Assembly: GCF_018977255.1 (NCBI RefSeq)
Contig: NW_024704759.1
Location: 9,672,001 to 9,736,000 of the forward strand
DNA length: 64,000 bases
Source of the DNA: Callorhinchus milii
Lineage: Eukaryota
Direction: 5' to 3'
Shown in pieces: positions 11,597 to 24,519 of the stretch (positions are counted from its first letter, which is position 1; the number at the start of each line of letters is the position of its first letter). Both the position numbers and the translations under genes were made by a program. The notes beneath the pieces are model-generated. The model worked only from the letters and a program-made list of their open reading frames with translations, did not search any database and was not told the DNA's origin.

Positions 11597-11990
11597 GATG
11601 GCTCAGCAATATTATCCAGTGAGTAAGCAAAGCCATACAAACTGGGAAGGTCCCAGGTTCAATCCCTGGTCTGTGCTGAGTGATCTGGGCAGGGCATTGT
11701 ATGGCAACAGCCTGGCTCGAATACCAGCCTTTTAGTAATCAATACACAAGGCTTCATCCAGACACTGATGCCCCTTTCACACGGCAATCCATGCTGACAC
11801 TACACTGCAGTGTTGGGGGAGTGCTAATTGTTGGAGGTGCCATCCTTCGGCTGAGATATTAAACTGAGGTCTCTGTTCAACTTGCCCACAAATACACTCA
11901 CTACATTTCACAGTACAGTACACTGTGAAATACTTTGGGGTATCTCGCTGACCTAAGGCGCTATATCCTGTGCAAGGAATTATTATTATT
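11597..11990 (+). mobile_element. UCON3-like SINE head (11597-11700) followed by a DeuSINE fragment (about 11790-11990)
   Basis: GAAGGTCCCAGGTTCAATCCCTGGTCTGTGCTGAGT (B box); GGAGGTGCCATCCTTCGGCTGAGATATTAAACTGAGG; tail GCAAGGAATTATTATT. Confidence 0.7.
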
Positions 11991-12479
11991 AATTATTTTT
12001 TGCAAGATCTGGAGTCAATGGTGAACGAGTCCCAGATTACAGAACCTAGAAACCGAGACTTCTTCCACTCTGTTTGTCGTACTGGTAGAAGTACCCATCA
12101 TTCACAGTATAATGGTTCTCTTTCTTTCTCCCCTTCCAACCCTACCCTCCCACCCACAAACACACACACTCCCACCAACCCCTTAACAAAAAATGTCAGT
12201 GTAGAGAATTGAAGTCACCACACTGACCCCCTCACTCCTTCCTACACCATCAGGTTTTGAAGGTCAAAGCTCTACTGTGCCTTAAGCACTGCAGACTTCC
12301 GACTGACTGGGGACTGGAGTGAGAGGCCTGGAATGACTCTAGGTACCAATGTAAATGTAGGTCTGTGTCAGTTGAAGGGTTAAGAATGGCTGTTTATACT
12401 TTCACATTAGAAATGGCACACACACAGTCTCATTTTTTAGGAAAACAAAGCTGTGTTCTTGATGTGTAACTTTCTTTAA

Positions 12480-13480
12480 TGACTTGTATGGAGGAGTTTC
12501 CGATGAAACCGTAATTGCGTGTCGGTTATTTCGGGGGGGGGGGAAAAAAAAGGAATGTGCAATAATTTGTTAGTAGTTCTTGGTGACAAGTTTCAGGAAC
12601 GTCCAGTATAATGAACCCTCTCCGGCCCCTGACCCAGGGAGCAGTTGACCTTTGTAACCTTGCTTGGGCCTCTTTTATGAGGTTCTTGTGCTCTGACCAG
12701 ATGGCCAAACTATCAAAAGGTTTATGAGAAAGCTAGCCTTTCTAAACTCGGCTAGTTCCACGTTTCTTCCAAACTTAATGTGAACTATCAGCCCCCAAAA
12801 AAAGCTTTAAATTGAAAACACAAAAGGTGTCTCGGAGTCAAAGCAGGCCAGAGAGGGCACCTTGGATAATGTGGTCAGCTGGTACGGAGGCTTTGGATTC
12901 CACAGCTGAATTCCAGATGACGGGTCAAACAAGACCTTTATTTTCCCCCCTCCCCTCCCCAAAAAAATCAATAGCAAATTTTTCTTCCCCTGTTTTTCTC
13001 TTGGGTCGGGTTCAGCTATCGGAGAACAATCTGATTTTTGTGTTTTTTTGCTTTCGGGTTATCTTAGTTTGAGATGATACTTACCGCTTCCTCCCCTTTT
13101 ATCGCGTGGGTTATCTAACGGGCCAAAGTTCTTGTGCACTTGAATTATTTTGACGGTGCTGGGAGAGTCTTCATTTGCCATTTTTATTAACCCTTTGGAA
13201 CGCTGGGTGAACGACAAACCGTGCGTCCAGCGAGTTCAGCGTGTTTTGACAGGGCTACGTATTCAATCCTTCTGATAACCTATCATCATTCACAGATTGC
13301 CCGCGATCTGCACAGATCAACCTTGTTAATCAGTCATCCTGTATCCCAACAATATTTATTAATGACTAACATGCCAAACTGATTGAGTTATGACTGTACA
13401 TTACAAGAATATTAAAGCGGAGGTGAAAAGGTGATTTCTTTATAACAGCTGTAATTTATCCTTGGCTTTAGTTGACCCTT
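12480..13480. promoter_or_regulatory. CpG-retaining candidate regulatory block
   Basis: Noticeably more CpG than the flanks, repeat-free; TTTATGA x2, TGACCTTTG, CAGATGG, TGATTGA motifs. Confidence 0.35.
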
Positions 13481-15044
13481 TGATTTTAGCCTGGCTCTGG
13501 ATATAGTATTCCTACTGATTGCATTATAATAGCCCTTAGGGGTCATGCTACATTCCAGACCCCTGGAATCAGTTAGAATAATGGCAGATGACCATATGTG
13601 CAGGTCTAAAGGAATGATAATAGGACACAACAGAAACACCACTGGCTGTAGGCAAACATTTTCGAGAACTACTTATTTCTTTTCAGTTTGAAGAAATAGT
13701 ACCTTTTTTCTCCCCCCCCTCCCCCCCCCCCTTGACCTGCCTAAGGTGTAGTTCAAAACTTCAAAAAGGTCACAATAACTTTTAACATATGTCACCCTCT
13801 GCACAAAATTCCTTGTGTGTCCTTTAATTAATTGTGAGTCCTACAGTACCATTTGCTAGAGGAAAAAAAATCACTGTAATAGATGAGAGGCACTGGAAAG
13901 CTTGTCTTCGTAGGTTTTCTGGGTTGTGCTGGTTACAGCTGAGCTTCTAAATGAAGGAAACAATTTAATAGCTTTGCTGATGTATTCCCATTGTGCCCCT
14001 CTGTTTCTATTACTCAAGTGATGTCTTCTCACTGTCAGTTTTGGAACTAATCTCAGTGCCTCACTTTTTTATTTTGCCAACTTTCTCCCTTCGCTCTCCT
14101 CGTCCTCCTGAAAGGCTGACTGACCTGTCCTGATGTGGTTCCACTGGTCACGGCAGATGTCCGTTGCAAAGCAAATTACACTAACATTTTTCTTTTAATT
14201 GGGATGTAAACGAGTAGTTGTTGTTAGGGGAAGAGGTATAGAGGAATATTTGATTGGGTGGTGGGGGGGTGGAGTGGGGAGAGGAAGGGATAGGATATTT
14301 GTGGTGGAAACTAATTGAAAATGTTTTAAAAGCAATATTTTCATTAATAAGAGCCGAACGGAAAGCTGCTCATCTCTTCCTGTTAGAAAAGATCAATCAG
14401 TGAAATCTCAAACATTTCACACCCACCAATCTGTCCATTAAAGAGACAGCATCTTGTACCACAGCATATCAGTATATTCCAACTGATGTGGACTGGCACT
14501 TTAAAATGATATCATATAACACCATGGGAAGATAGGAATGTAGAGAACAGAAAATAACTTTACAGTCCATCTGGCCAGTCTATCATATGCCGATTGCTAA
14601 AAGTGACAATCTTTTTATTACACGTTTACAATGGGACATCTAATTCTAAACAAGTTAATAAAAGATTGCTATTTTTAGTGATCAGCACCTGATAGACCCT
14701 AATAACGTACTCAAAACACTGAGCAGACTAGATGCCATCAAAATGTAAATAGAATAGCAGTGAACATTATTATTTGAGCTATTGCCTCTGATGTTCAAAT
14801 GTTTCAAAGTGCTTTGCAAAGTTTTTCTGTAAAGTAGAATGACTGTGTATTTGTAGGTAAACATTAGTCGGAGGGTAGAAACTCGCTCGGGTGTGGGGGG
14901 GATTCTAAATTTCTTTTGCTGTTGGTTGACTTTAGTCTGAAAATTATTGATCTGTTCTCTTATTATAAGACCTGATATTTTGAATTCAGTTTCTAAATAC
15001 AGTCTGTGGTTTAGTGATACGGACTCACAATTTCTAACTTACTC

Positions 15045-15203
15045 GATACTTGTAAGACACTGCTGTGCGCAATTGGCTGCTATGTTTCACCCACAAAATA
15101 TACAGACAATTCACTTTACAGTAAGTTCTGTGAAGCACTTTGAGGCCACTCGAAGACATAAGGCGCTATATCAAATGCAAGGATTATTATTACTATTATT
15201 ACT
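15045..15203 (+). mobile_element. SINE 3' half (Deu + tail)
   Basis: TGCTGTGCGCAATTGGCTGC...AAGGCGCTATATCAAATGCAAGGATTATTATT. Confidence 0.85.
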
Positions 15204-17019
15204 ACCCAGTCTTATTCAATGCTACTGACTGGCCAATTGCAGTCATTCAGTCAACTTTAGAGATAGCCTAGATCTTGATAAGAGTCTATTTCTACCCGAG
15301 TGGTTTTCAGGATATTACAAAACAAATGAGATTCAAATAAGTCTTTATAACTTTACGCCCAGAAATTTGTGAAATCATTTGAATGGGAGATAGTCAATGG
15401 GCAGAAAAACGTAAGAGCATTGAAACAAACACTTATGCTGTTGGTTTATTTCAGCACACAATCATTGGTCTTCCTTGTACAAGCATTAAATTTTGAAATC
15501 CAGTTTCCAAACTGATAGGTGGATAAATAAGTATGATGTGCTTCTTTATAAACCGTTGTAAAGAATTGGCGTAAAATGGATCTAGCTGTTTGAAGATATT
15601 ATAGGTTTATTCACAATACAATGCAACGTATCCTTACTACAGTGGAATCATTCCAATTAAATTGTCCCTTTTACCCTTCTCTCTGTTCTCTTGTTAATTT
15701 CCACTTTCTTTTGAGGTTATTTCAGGGTGATTGTCTCTCTGTGTCTGTGAATTTCTAATGTGTAAACTGGACACCGACTGTCTTAAAGTAAAGATGTTTT
15801 ATATCTCCTCGCTTCAGGATCTTACAACGGGATGAGACTAATTATTGATCTTACTGAGTTTTTCAATTAATATCATACCATTAGTGAAACTAATATCAGC
15901 CCTCAAGTCACAATCGTACCTTTGGACTGGGCCTGTCTTGCTACCATCTGAGTTTGAACTCAGGAAAAAAAAAAGGGGGGAAGGTCCTGGCTGACAGCAA
16001 GCTACACATAACTCTTTGCCAATGCCATTCAGGTCTGATGTCTGCCTGTCTTGTGGTAGATGTGCTCTAATGGGTCTCTGTATCTCCAGGTTCCTGCTCC
16101 TGATTTCTATCCAGTATCTTGTCCAAGTTGAAATGTGATGCCACCCCTCCATCAACCAGCCAACTAACGCTTGCACTTGAAGAGTAACCACTGGCACAGA
16201 GTACCAACTGCAGAATAACGTGACAATCCCTTCAGGAGAACGAAGGGATCTTGACATCTTCCAAATGCTTTTAGGCTTTCCTGTTTACCACAAACCTCAC
16301 ATCCACTTCCACAGGAAGTACTGATCACTCGTTTTCCTATAATTCCTGACCTTTTAACCCTTTCTGTGCGGCAACCGAGTTTAATTTCATCCCTGTTTAA
16401 AGGTACATCAAAGTCTCCTTTGAGATGCAAAGATGTGCTAAGGTATAATTTGTTCCAGATGCATGCCTTTAAAGAGAAAAACATTTATGAGGATCTAGCA
16501 GTGAAAGGGTAAAAGAGGCTCAGTCATCACAATATTAAATGTTACCCCACCGAACAAACACAAACAGTTTATTGGAAATATATCCGATGACCAGACTGTT
16601 GCCAATGGAAAGCAACTGACACCAGCTAGTTTATCTTTTGCTCAATCACAACTCTTATTAAGGTTTTATTCAAAATATTCTGAAAATACATGTAAATTGT
16701 CAGGGATGTGCTGTTGACCCACAGCCTTCTGACTCCGAGGCAAGCCTGCTACCAACTGAGCCAGGCTGACACTTATTTGATCATACCGAGTGGGTTGGTA
16801 TGCGTGTGTGAGTGGGAGGTGGAGAGTGGAGAGTGTACGTCACGGTTAAACCTGACATTATACTCGCTCTGTGTCCTGCACTTCCACCAAGATTTGCTGG
16901 TTCTTGATCAAGTTTAATTCTTTCATTCCTAGACTGGGAACGCTAGAGCGTTCTCACTATCAGCCCGGCTGAAAGCAAAGATGGACGAAGTTGCCAATAT
17001 TATTGAGTTATGGTTTGGC

Positions 17020-17365
17020 AGGTGTTGGCAGTCCTTTAGCACCTTGTCCGACTGGCTATTCTTCATGTGTAAGGCTATGCAGTGAGTGCCGGCAGAATGC
17101 TTGATCATGGGAGCATCACCTCTGAGCCTGACCCTGTTGTCATCTGTCATCCACGCGTGCACACTTTCCAGCAGGAATCACTGGATCAGTAGCAGGCACC
17201 CTTTAATGATTTCCCTCCCCTAACAGCTCAGCCCCTAAAGCTAAATAGAGCACCCTGACTGCTGCACAAGCTGAGATTAGCTAAAGCTGCACAGACTAGG
17301 AATGGAGTTAGCAAAGATGTAGGCCGGTTGTGTCTCAGTGCTGCACTGAACAGTGTATTTACCCT
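17020..17365 (-). mobile_element. UCON3-like SINE, near full-length, diverged
   Basis: TGGCTATTCTTCATGTGTAAGGCTA...CACTTTCCAGCAGGAATCACTGGAT...GCTGAGATTAGCTAA...CACAGACTAGG; same family as 29340, 52440 and 62420. Confidence 0.7.
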
Positions 17366-17476
17366 TGAAGAACTTTGTTTAAATGGGGTTCTTTTATTTT
17401 ACGTGCAAACATTGAAAGTTTCCTTCCCTGCAGGGTTTGTAACCAGCAGTGTTCACAGATCATCGTTTAGAAAGTA

Positions 17477-17585
17477 TAACAATAATAAATAATCCTTGCG
17501 TTGATATGGCGACTGACCTCATTGAAACGTCTCAATGTGCTTCATAAAATATACTGTAAAATGAATTGACTGTAAATTTTTTGAG
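17477..17585 (-). mobile_element. 5'-truncated SINE tail
   Basis: AATAATCCTTGCGTTGATAT...ACTGTAAAATGAATTGACTGT. Confidence 0.75.
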
Positions 17586-17781
17586 CGAAAAGCTCAGTGA
17601 GTGTAGTGTGGCGGCATAAAAGCAAACAAGACAATTTAAACCTGATCAGCAGGATTAAATTAATTCCCATTATTCCTGTGGACGAAAGGATTTTTACAGT
17701 ACAGCACAGGACTTGCCTTTCACCTTTTACCTCAGTTCAACCAGAGATATGAATGCAGATCGCATAGTAATATGTGCTATA

Positions 17782-17795
17782 CCACTAGGTGGGGT
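17782..17795 (+). promoter_or_regulatory. Possible CTCF site
   Basis: CCACTAGGTGGGG is close to the CTCF core CCASYAGRKGGC (one core mismatch). Confidence 0.25.
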
Positions 17796-18424
17796 TTCAC
17801 ACCATGGAAAGCTGGTCAGCCCTTTGTCCATTATTCCATTGGCTCTTGCGTTAGTTGACCAACTGTGAAATCTGTCTGTTGGTCAGTAGTAAATTATTCA
17901 GAAGTAACCATTTAGCAGCAAAGTATTGGAGTGGGACCAAATCAGAGGTTCACTAACTGATTCACTATTTTGTTCACAATATACATCATTTGATTTGCTT
18001 CTAGGCAACAGCTATGCCACGGCAATCGGTCTATAATCATTGAAGTTATGCTTAAATTAAGGCAACTCTATTGATAAAATAGCAAAAAAATACTAAGTCA
18101 AAGTATTGCCAAAGAAACAGAGTTTAAAGCAGAATTCTTCTCTGGTGAAGGCACCCGAGCTTGGCATTGCTTATGAGCTGTCATCTCAGCCTGTTGAAAT
18201 GACCATGGGAAATACATAGTCGATTTGGGTTGATTTATGAAATTGCACACACATTGTGACTTGAATCATTTGAAGAACACAAATCACTAAAAGTTGGAAT
18301 CAATCCTGCACTGTTTACATTTTAGAGCCATGTTTCTCACAGTATTTCATAAACTTTTCAAGTAAAGATTTAACCTGGCCAAAAATCTGCCCCCTGCCCC
18401 CAACCCCGTAAAGAAAAAAGATCA

Positions 18425-18585
18425 TTCACATCATGGCTGTTTGTACTACATTGCTGTGTGCAAATTGGCTTGTTGTGTTTGCTTTCCAACGATACAGTCA
18501 CTACACTTTACAGTGTATCCTGTGAAGCAATTTGATTTGTCCTCCTGACGTGAAAGCCACTATGTCGAATGTAAGGATTTTTATT
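18425..18585 (+). mobile_element. Old DeuSINE 3' half
   Basis: ATTGCTGTGTGCAAATTGGCT...CAGTCACTACACTT...TCCTCCTGACGTGAAAGCCACTAT. Confidence 0.75.
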
Positions 18586-19269
18586 GGCAAGTATTAAATG
18601 AATGGTGGAAATGAAATTTGATGGGAATGGGAGATATGGCTAACGGAAAGGAGATGGGATTTAATACTTTGGAAAGAAGGAAGAACCGAACGGAAACTCA
18701 TATTGATTAATCCATAACCTGTTACTGGTTGAACTTAATAAATGATTATAAATTACTGGGAAATTACTTGACATTCCTTGAGTTAAATTATTTTTAAGTT
18801 CTAAGTTTAAGAAAGACTATTGCAGGAAGTAACTAAAATAAGCACTGTCTTTCACCTCTTATCCTGACAGATACAGTAATATTGAAAATCTTCTTGGTTT
18901 TCTTGATGATTAAATCTTCATTTGGTCCCCTGTGGAGGATGAAAGATTAACTGATTCTCTGTTGTTCTGGGTAAACGTAGATCACTATAAATGGCAATTT
19001 CTGAATCATTGCAGTTTCTGTCAATGGTTATAATGGCTGTTTATTCCCATCTGAATCTGCGCCTGTTGCTTATTTTATTCATTCTCCTAAAGCATTAATA
19101 TAATATCAGGAGAAGGGGTTCCATTTTATGTGCTGAAGGAACATCAGGTAATAAAAAATCTTACATTGTTTGACTGTACCTTCAGACCCATCAAATACAC
19201 AATATTGGGACACAATCTTGTTGTTTTTCTATTACATTTGCCAAGACTTTGTGTGTGACCCCCTACTCC

Positions 19270-19580
19270 CCCACCCCCTTGGAGAAGCCTTACTGATATT
19301 TCACACCTCTTACCGCTGTCTCATCTGCTTTTGCTTTTTCCTCAAACTCCCATTAAGAACATTCCACAATCCGTTTATTCTCCATCAACCTGTCTCCTCA
19401 TTGAAACGTTTCTAACCTCTTCCTATGCATTTTGTTTGTTTTTTCATGCCATCCTCCATTCCATATAAGAGCTCTTTCAGCCCAGTGTTAAGTTGTGACG
19501 AAAGGTCCTGCCTGAAACATTCTCGTCTATCGCCTACTGATTGAGCTGCTCTGGAGCTTTCTATTGTTTCTGCATTTCTA
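19270..19580 (+). mobile_element. Degenerate Penelope-like terminal repeat with hammerhead-like remnant
   Basis: Pyrimidine-rich body then GTGACGAAAGGTCCTGCCTGAAACATT (19495-19521) and CTGATTGAGCTGCT...TTTCTG, resembling the family seen at 35130 and 60687. Confidence 0.4.
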
Positions 19581-20397
19581 CTAAGGTAACACTGCGTGTA
19601 TGTACTGTAATTAGATTTGATCTATCCTGACTGCTTATGAGGCTGATGATGTGCAGAATGTAAGAATATTAAAGTTTCAATCTCCTCTTATATGTTGCTC
19701 AAAGATATGAAAGGAGTGATCTGCCATAGTCACTAAACCTTTTGTTATTTGATGACCAGACTGCCTGACCATTGTTATTATTGATGGTAATTATTATTTG
19801 CAATTGATGTGATTTCTCCTTGACAATGTCTGGAATCTGGACACCAAACAGTTTGGACCCACCGTGCATTTGGAGTGGCAAAGGAGTAGCTTACACTTTT
19901 ATTATTAAAGAAAATAATGATTTATGAAACTGCTAAACACCAAAATGGATCCTGCTGCTTGAAAATGCTGAGAGCAAGCAATTCACAGATTCTTTCAAGT
20001 AAAAGGCCTTGAGTTTGGCTCTGGTTATGGTATATAACTAATTTAAAATGCCAAACATTGCATAACCGTATCTATTTAATCTTAGAACCTCAATCACTCT
20101 TTTTTAAACTTGGTCATCTTTGTGCTTTTATTGAAGAGGGAAGGGGGTGATTAGGGACTGAAAAAATAGTGTGCACTGCCGGTACATTTTCATATCTATT
20201 ATTGTCACATTGCAGACATTCAGATATTGCAACAGTTCCTTTGTGGTCAGTGATCATAGGTTCGCAGAATGGAGTGGAAACATAAGTGGTCGAATTTAAA
20301 ATATTCATTTGGAAATGAGACTTTTCTCTGAAACAGCAAACCCTCAACTGCACCTTGTGTAGCATAATATGATGCATAACTGCATGTGGACCAATGG

Positions 20398-20710
20398 ATA
20401 TTATTACTATTATAATAACCCTTGCATTTAATATAACACCTCCTCCCATCATCAAGACGTCTCAAAGCGCTTCCCAGGATTTTAATGTGACGTGTAGTGA
20501 CTGTGTATTTGTAGCGAATATGGCAGTCAATTTGTGCACAGCAAAGTGGTCCAAACAGCTAGGAAGTGAGTGACCATTCTTATTTTGGGCGATTATTGGC
20601 CAGAGCACCGGGAAAAATTTCCTACTCTTTTTGAATAATATCATGCGATCATTGATGTCCACCCGATTAGGCAGACGGGACCTCAGTCTCGTGTTTCACC
20701 TCCGACAATG
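20398..20710 (-). mobile_element. Old DeuSINE
   Basis: Tail CCTTGCATTTAATATAAC; GCAGTCAATTTGTGCACAGCAA; GATGTCCACCCGATTAGGCAGACGGGACCTCAGT. Confidence 0.8.
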
Positions 20711-21289
20711 TAGAAGAACCAACCTGAACTGTCCATTTTTCCTTCGAGACATTGAAATCCCCATTATTCTTGTGTTATGATCTCCTGTAGTCTCCCTCGC
20801 TTTCCTAGAGAGCTCTTATCTACTTGTTCAGCTGGAAGTCGATAGCAGTTGTCGATCACTGTTCCTTGGGCTCAGTGTTCCTACTTTCTAGCCAGACTCT
20901 CCATCTGCTGGTACATCCCCCTTTCAACAGCTATCCTACCAATAACAGCACTCCTCCACACATCTTCACAGCCCTATCTTTGCAAATCATTCGGTTCTCT
21001 CTTAGCTTTGTTTCTATCTCAAAGATTATTCCTTGTGTTATAAAACATTCAGGCTTATTCTTCAATACTATCTTTTCCCCTTTATCCTGAATTACAGCAT
21101 GGCTCATTCCGGCATTGGACTCCACTTACCTAATTTGGCATTCTCCCCCGCTACATCAACTTTAAATTAATCCCAATTGACCTATTTCTCTCTTATGTGA
21201 ATAAGGTGGCAAAGGTACAGACTGGAGCTAAGAGCACTCTGTTTAACACTGAAGACTTTCCAGCAAGGAGTTGAACTGGTTTGCTTGTC

Positions 21290-21578
21290 TGCAAGTTAGA
21301 CATTGTTATGTGCAAATTGACTGTCGCTTTTACCTACAAATATAGAAATCAGCGGAAAACACCAAAGCGTTTTGAGACATTTTGACATGAGGCACTGTAT
21401 CAAATGGAAGAATTATTACTGTCTTGATTGCAGAAAAGTCTTTTTCCTCTGTATAATTGACTAAGATTTTGCCCACAAAATATACAGTAATTTCACTTCG
21501 CGGTAAGTTCTGTGAAGCGATTTGAGATGTCTCGAAGACGTGATAAGGCGCTATATCAAATCAAAGGATTATTATTTT
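21290..21578 (+). mobile_element. Two tandem SINE 3' fragments (about 21290-21420 and 21468-21578)
   Basis: TGTGCAAATTGACTG...ATCAAATGGAAGAATTATT; then GCCCACAAAATATACAG...GATAAGGCGCTATATCAAATCAAAGGATTATT. Confidence 0.75.
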
Positions 21579-21810
21579 TAAGATTCGAAAATGTCAATAA
21601 GTGTAGTTATTTAGATTTGTCATCAAGATAGGATTGTTCATATCATGTCCAAACCATACAGCCAGATATCTTGAAACAATTTTAATGCTCTTCCCTGTGG
21701 TTGTGAACTACTATTATAGACAATGCAGAGAAATCATTTTTGATGAAGAATAAAACTTTGAACAATCTTCGAAGCATTTCACTTTTGATTTTCATTTTGT
21801 TATTAGGTTT

Positions 21811-22079
21811 GTCTGGCCTCCTCCTTGTCCCCCGAGTCCTCCGCTCCGCCCTCGACGGCCGTGCCTTCAGCCACTGCGTCTCGAGGCTCTGGAACTCACT
21901 TCCTCACTCCCTTTGCCTCGTCCCTTCTCTTCCTATTTTCAGGTCTCTGCTGAAGACCTTTCTTTTCGACTGCGCCTTTGGTCACCTTCCCCCCCCCCCC
22001 CCGGCTCGGTCCCTGGAGCCCTTACCGTGAAGCGCTCTGAGACGCCGTCTGGCTGTATAAATTGTTGTTGTTGTTGTTG
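21811..22079 (+). mobile_element. L2 LINE 3' end (ORF2 C-terminus and UTR)
   Basis: SGLLLVPRVLRSALDGRAFSHCVSRLWNSLPHSL..FRSLLKTFLFDCAF (L2 motifs GxRAFS, LWNSLP, LKTxLF), ending in (GTT)5. Confidence 0.9.
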
Positions 22080-22454
22080 TCCACATCCTGGCATTTAATA
22101 GCCATTCTGCTTTAACTTTGCGTAAGAGTATTTAAAATAGTTAAGCTCTTCGGTTCTGCATTGTTATTAATAAACCTGAGGTTTAATTATAATGCTAGAT
22201 TGCAGTTACCGAGTACAATACTGAGCTGATGGAAGTATACATTGTTCAGTGGTTTTAGTCAGAACACTACTGCACTAATATTAAATATTCCCAGGGGTAC
22301 TGATGGTGTTAGATAATCAGCATGACTTGTGTCACGTAGGAGTGCAGCAAGATTTGCGTTGCCGAATCTCTCTTGCACTTGTGAAAATAGTTACTCAAAC
22401 AGCTCCATAGCATTGCCAGCCCTCTACCAATCATCCAATGCAACCTTTCTTTCC

Positions 22455-22545
22455 ACAGTTTACAGTATATTCTGTGAAGGGCTTTGAGACGTCTTGAAGA
22501 CGTGATAAGGCACTAAATTAAATCAAAGGATTATTGTTATATTAT
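22455..22545 (+). mobile_element. 5'-truncated SINE tail
   Basis: CTGTGAAGGGCTTTGAGACGTCTTGAAGACGTGATAAGGCACT...AAGGATTATT. Confidence 0.8.
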
Positions 22546-23237
22546 AACATCACAGTTAGGGAGAGCCTATTTTCTGCCAGTCTGGCAGCATTAGGACTTG
22601 CATGGTTGTGCAAGTGTTTTCCAAAGATCAAGCTTCTTCAGAGTTGCTTTACTGTTAATAACATTGAGTTACCATGAGTAAGCAGTTACCTGAAAGTGTT
22701 CGGATGTGTATGACTTCAATCAGAATATTATTCTGACTCAGTCATGAAATACATTTCCACTGTCCTTCAATAGCTCACACAAGAGACTGTTCTTCATGCA
22801 TGTGTTTAGACAGCCTATTCCATTGTGTAGACAATAAGGGAACCCCAGATGATAGGACTCCTGTTTACACTCTCACTAAAACCTCTGACTGAGATCAGTA
22901 CAGAGCAGAAATTGAACCTACCACCTCAGCAACTGCCTAAAATTGCTCATGTTGTAATTTTGGAGCCAATGGAACATTTACTCCGAATCATTTCCTACTT
23001 TGCAAATGAAAATCCAGCAAAGTCCCAGTGGAATCAAGGCTGGTGATTGACATGTCTTTCATTCGATTTTTTTTGTACTGCCAAAACAGAATCTAAAAGT
23101 GCACAAAGCTCCTTCACAGTCAGCTTTTACCTTCCGAATTCGCTTCAAAAGAAGATATCAAATGATGTCGCAATTTCTGAAATTATTCCAAACTGTTTAA
23201 TTGGAGGAGGCTGTTGATGAAGCTGGACAAATAATAA

Positions 23238-23352
23238 TAAAGAATAATAATCCTTGCATTTGATATAATGCCTTATCACTTCATCGAGATGTCTCAAAAC
23301 GCTTCACAGGGTATACTGTAAAGTACATTGACTTGTGTGTTTTGTGGGTGAA
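23238..23352 (-). mobile_element. 5'-truncated SINE tail
   Basis: AATAATAATCCTTGCATTTGATATAATGCCTTATCAC...ACTGTAAAGT. Confidence 0.85.
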
Positions 23353-23399
23353 ATACTAAATTTCACAGCCAATTGAATATTCTTGTCAATTTTTCTGGA

Positions 23400-23990
23400 G
23401 CATGTTAACAATGCATTGCGTTAATTATTGACAACTGAACAGATCGTCCACATTCAACATCAACATAAAATAACAGGAATTTCTCTGAACTGCTATTTAA
23501 TGGGAGTTTCTGCTCAGGAGGAATGTGCAACATTGAGCAAAATCTCCTTTTCTCCTCTTTGCCTCCCTCCCCTTCCTCCTCTCGCACTACCTCCAAACCA
23601 TTGCTCATTCCGCAGATGCTATTTTTGGATTGTAATATGCCTCTCATGCTTGAGCACATTGTGTTCTGTTCTGTATTGCACAGTTTACCAATTTGTCACA
23701 AACAACGTGACAAAAGAGCAGCAGGATATTGGGCAACACACTGTGCCAGCCTCTGTGTGACACCGAATACAATTCATTTCATTCACCAGCAGTGGAAGCC
23801 CCACCCACAGCTGCCATGTACTATATCTAATTGGCGCCATTATTCACAGCAACAAAACATCTGTCCGCTGGCCGCTGCTTGGAAGGGTTTTGGTCATTTA
23901 AGTTTGAGTTCAAGGAAGTCAGATGACCCATAGCTAACGCCATTGTCTGTCAGTCCCTTTTGACAAATGATTTAATGAGTCACTGGCAAA
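23400..23990. promoter_or_regulatory. Candidate conserved non-coding block
   Basis: Repeat-free; AACAATG SOX, TTAATTA, TGACA/TGTCA, CAGCTG, CTAATTGG and TGATTTAATGAGTCA motifs. Confidence 0.3.
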
Positions 23991-24519
23991 GCAAACCTGC
24001 TAGTTCGAGAAGCAAAACTCTTTATTCAGGGTTTTGCAATCTTTGTGGTAACATTTGTTTTATGTGGATCCCCTAAGGCTGTGCTTTAAAGGCTGCGGTT
24101 TCCCTTTTCTGAGGGACCGAGTGGGACGATTTTTCAAAACTGCAATTAACTGACTTGGGGATTGTTGTTTACTTGTGTTAAATTCAGTTACAAGGCCTTT
24201 AATAACTAGGAACTGTTGCTACTGTTATAACAAAGTGAAAATGTACAATTATTAATTGTAAATAAGTGTACGATTATTAATTTAAATATATTGGATCCTT
24301 CTGTTGCTCTGTCCTTTGAGAGTCGTTGAAAACAAAGGTCCGTGCTGAGAAGGGTATACTACTGCATTCTAAGGGATCAACTTCTTTTTTTAAAAAAGAG
24401 CTACCAAAAAATGTAAAATTACAAAACAAATTTCCGCTGGGGCTTGTGTTTTCGAGAGTAAATGAGATGTGTGCAGGCTAGTCCTGCGAGTGTTGTCCAA
24501 AGAAATAACTGTGCAGAAA

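Noticed and set aside
15838-16484. Overlapping 139-aa and 106-aa minus-strand ORFs
   Set aside because: No recognisable domain or convincing splice structure; compatible with chance
23405-23933. Three overlapping ORFs of 84-136 aa
   Set aside because: Driven by a low-complexity pyrimidine tract; no protein similarity
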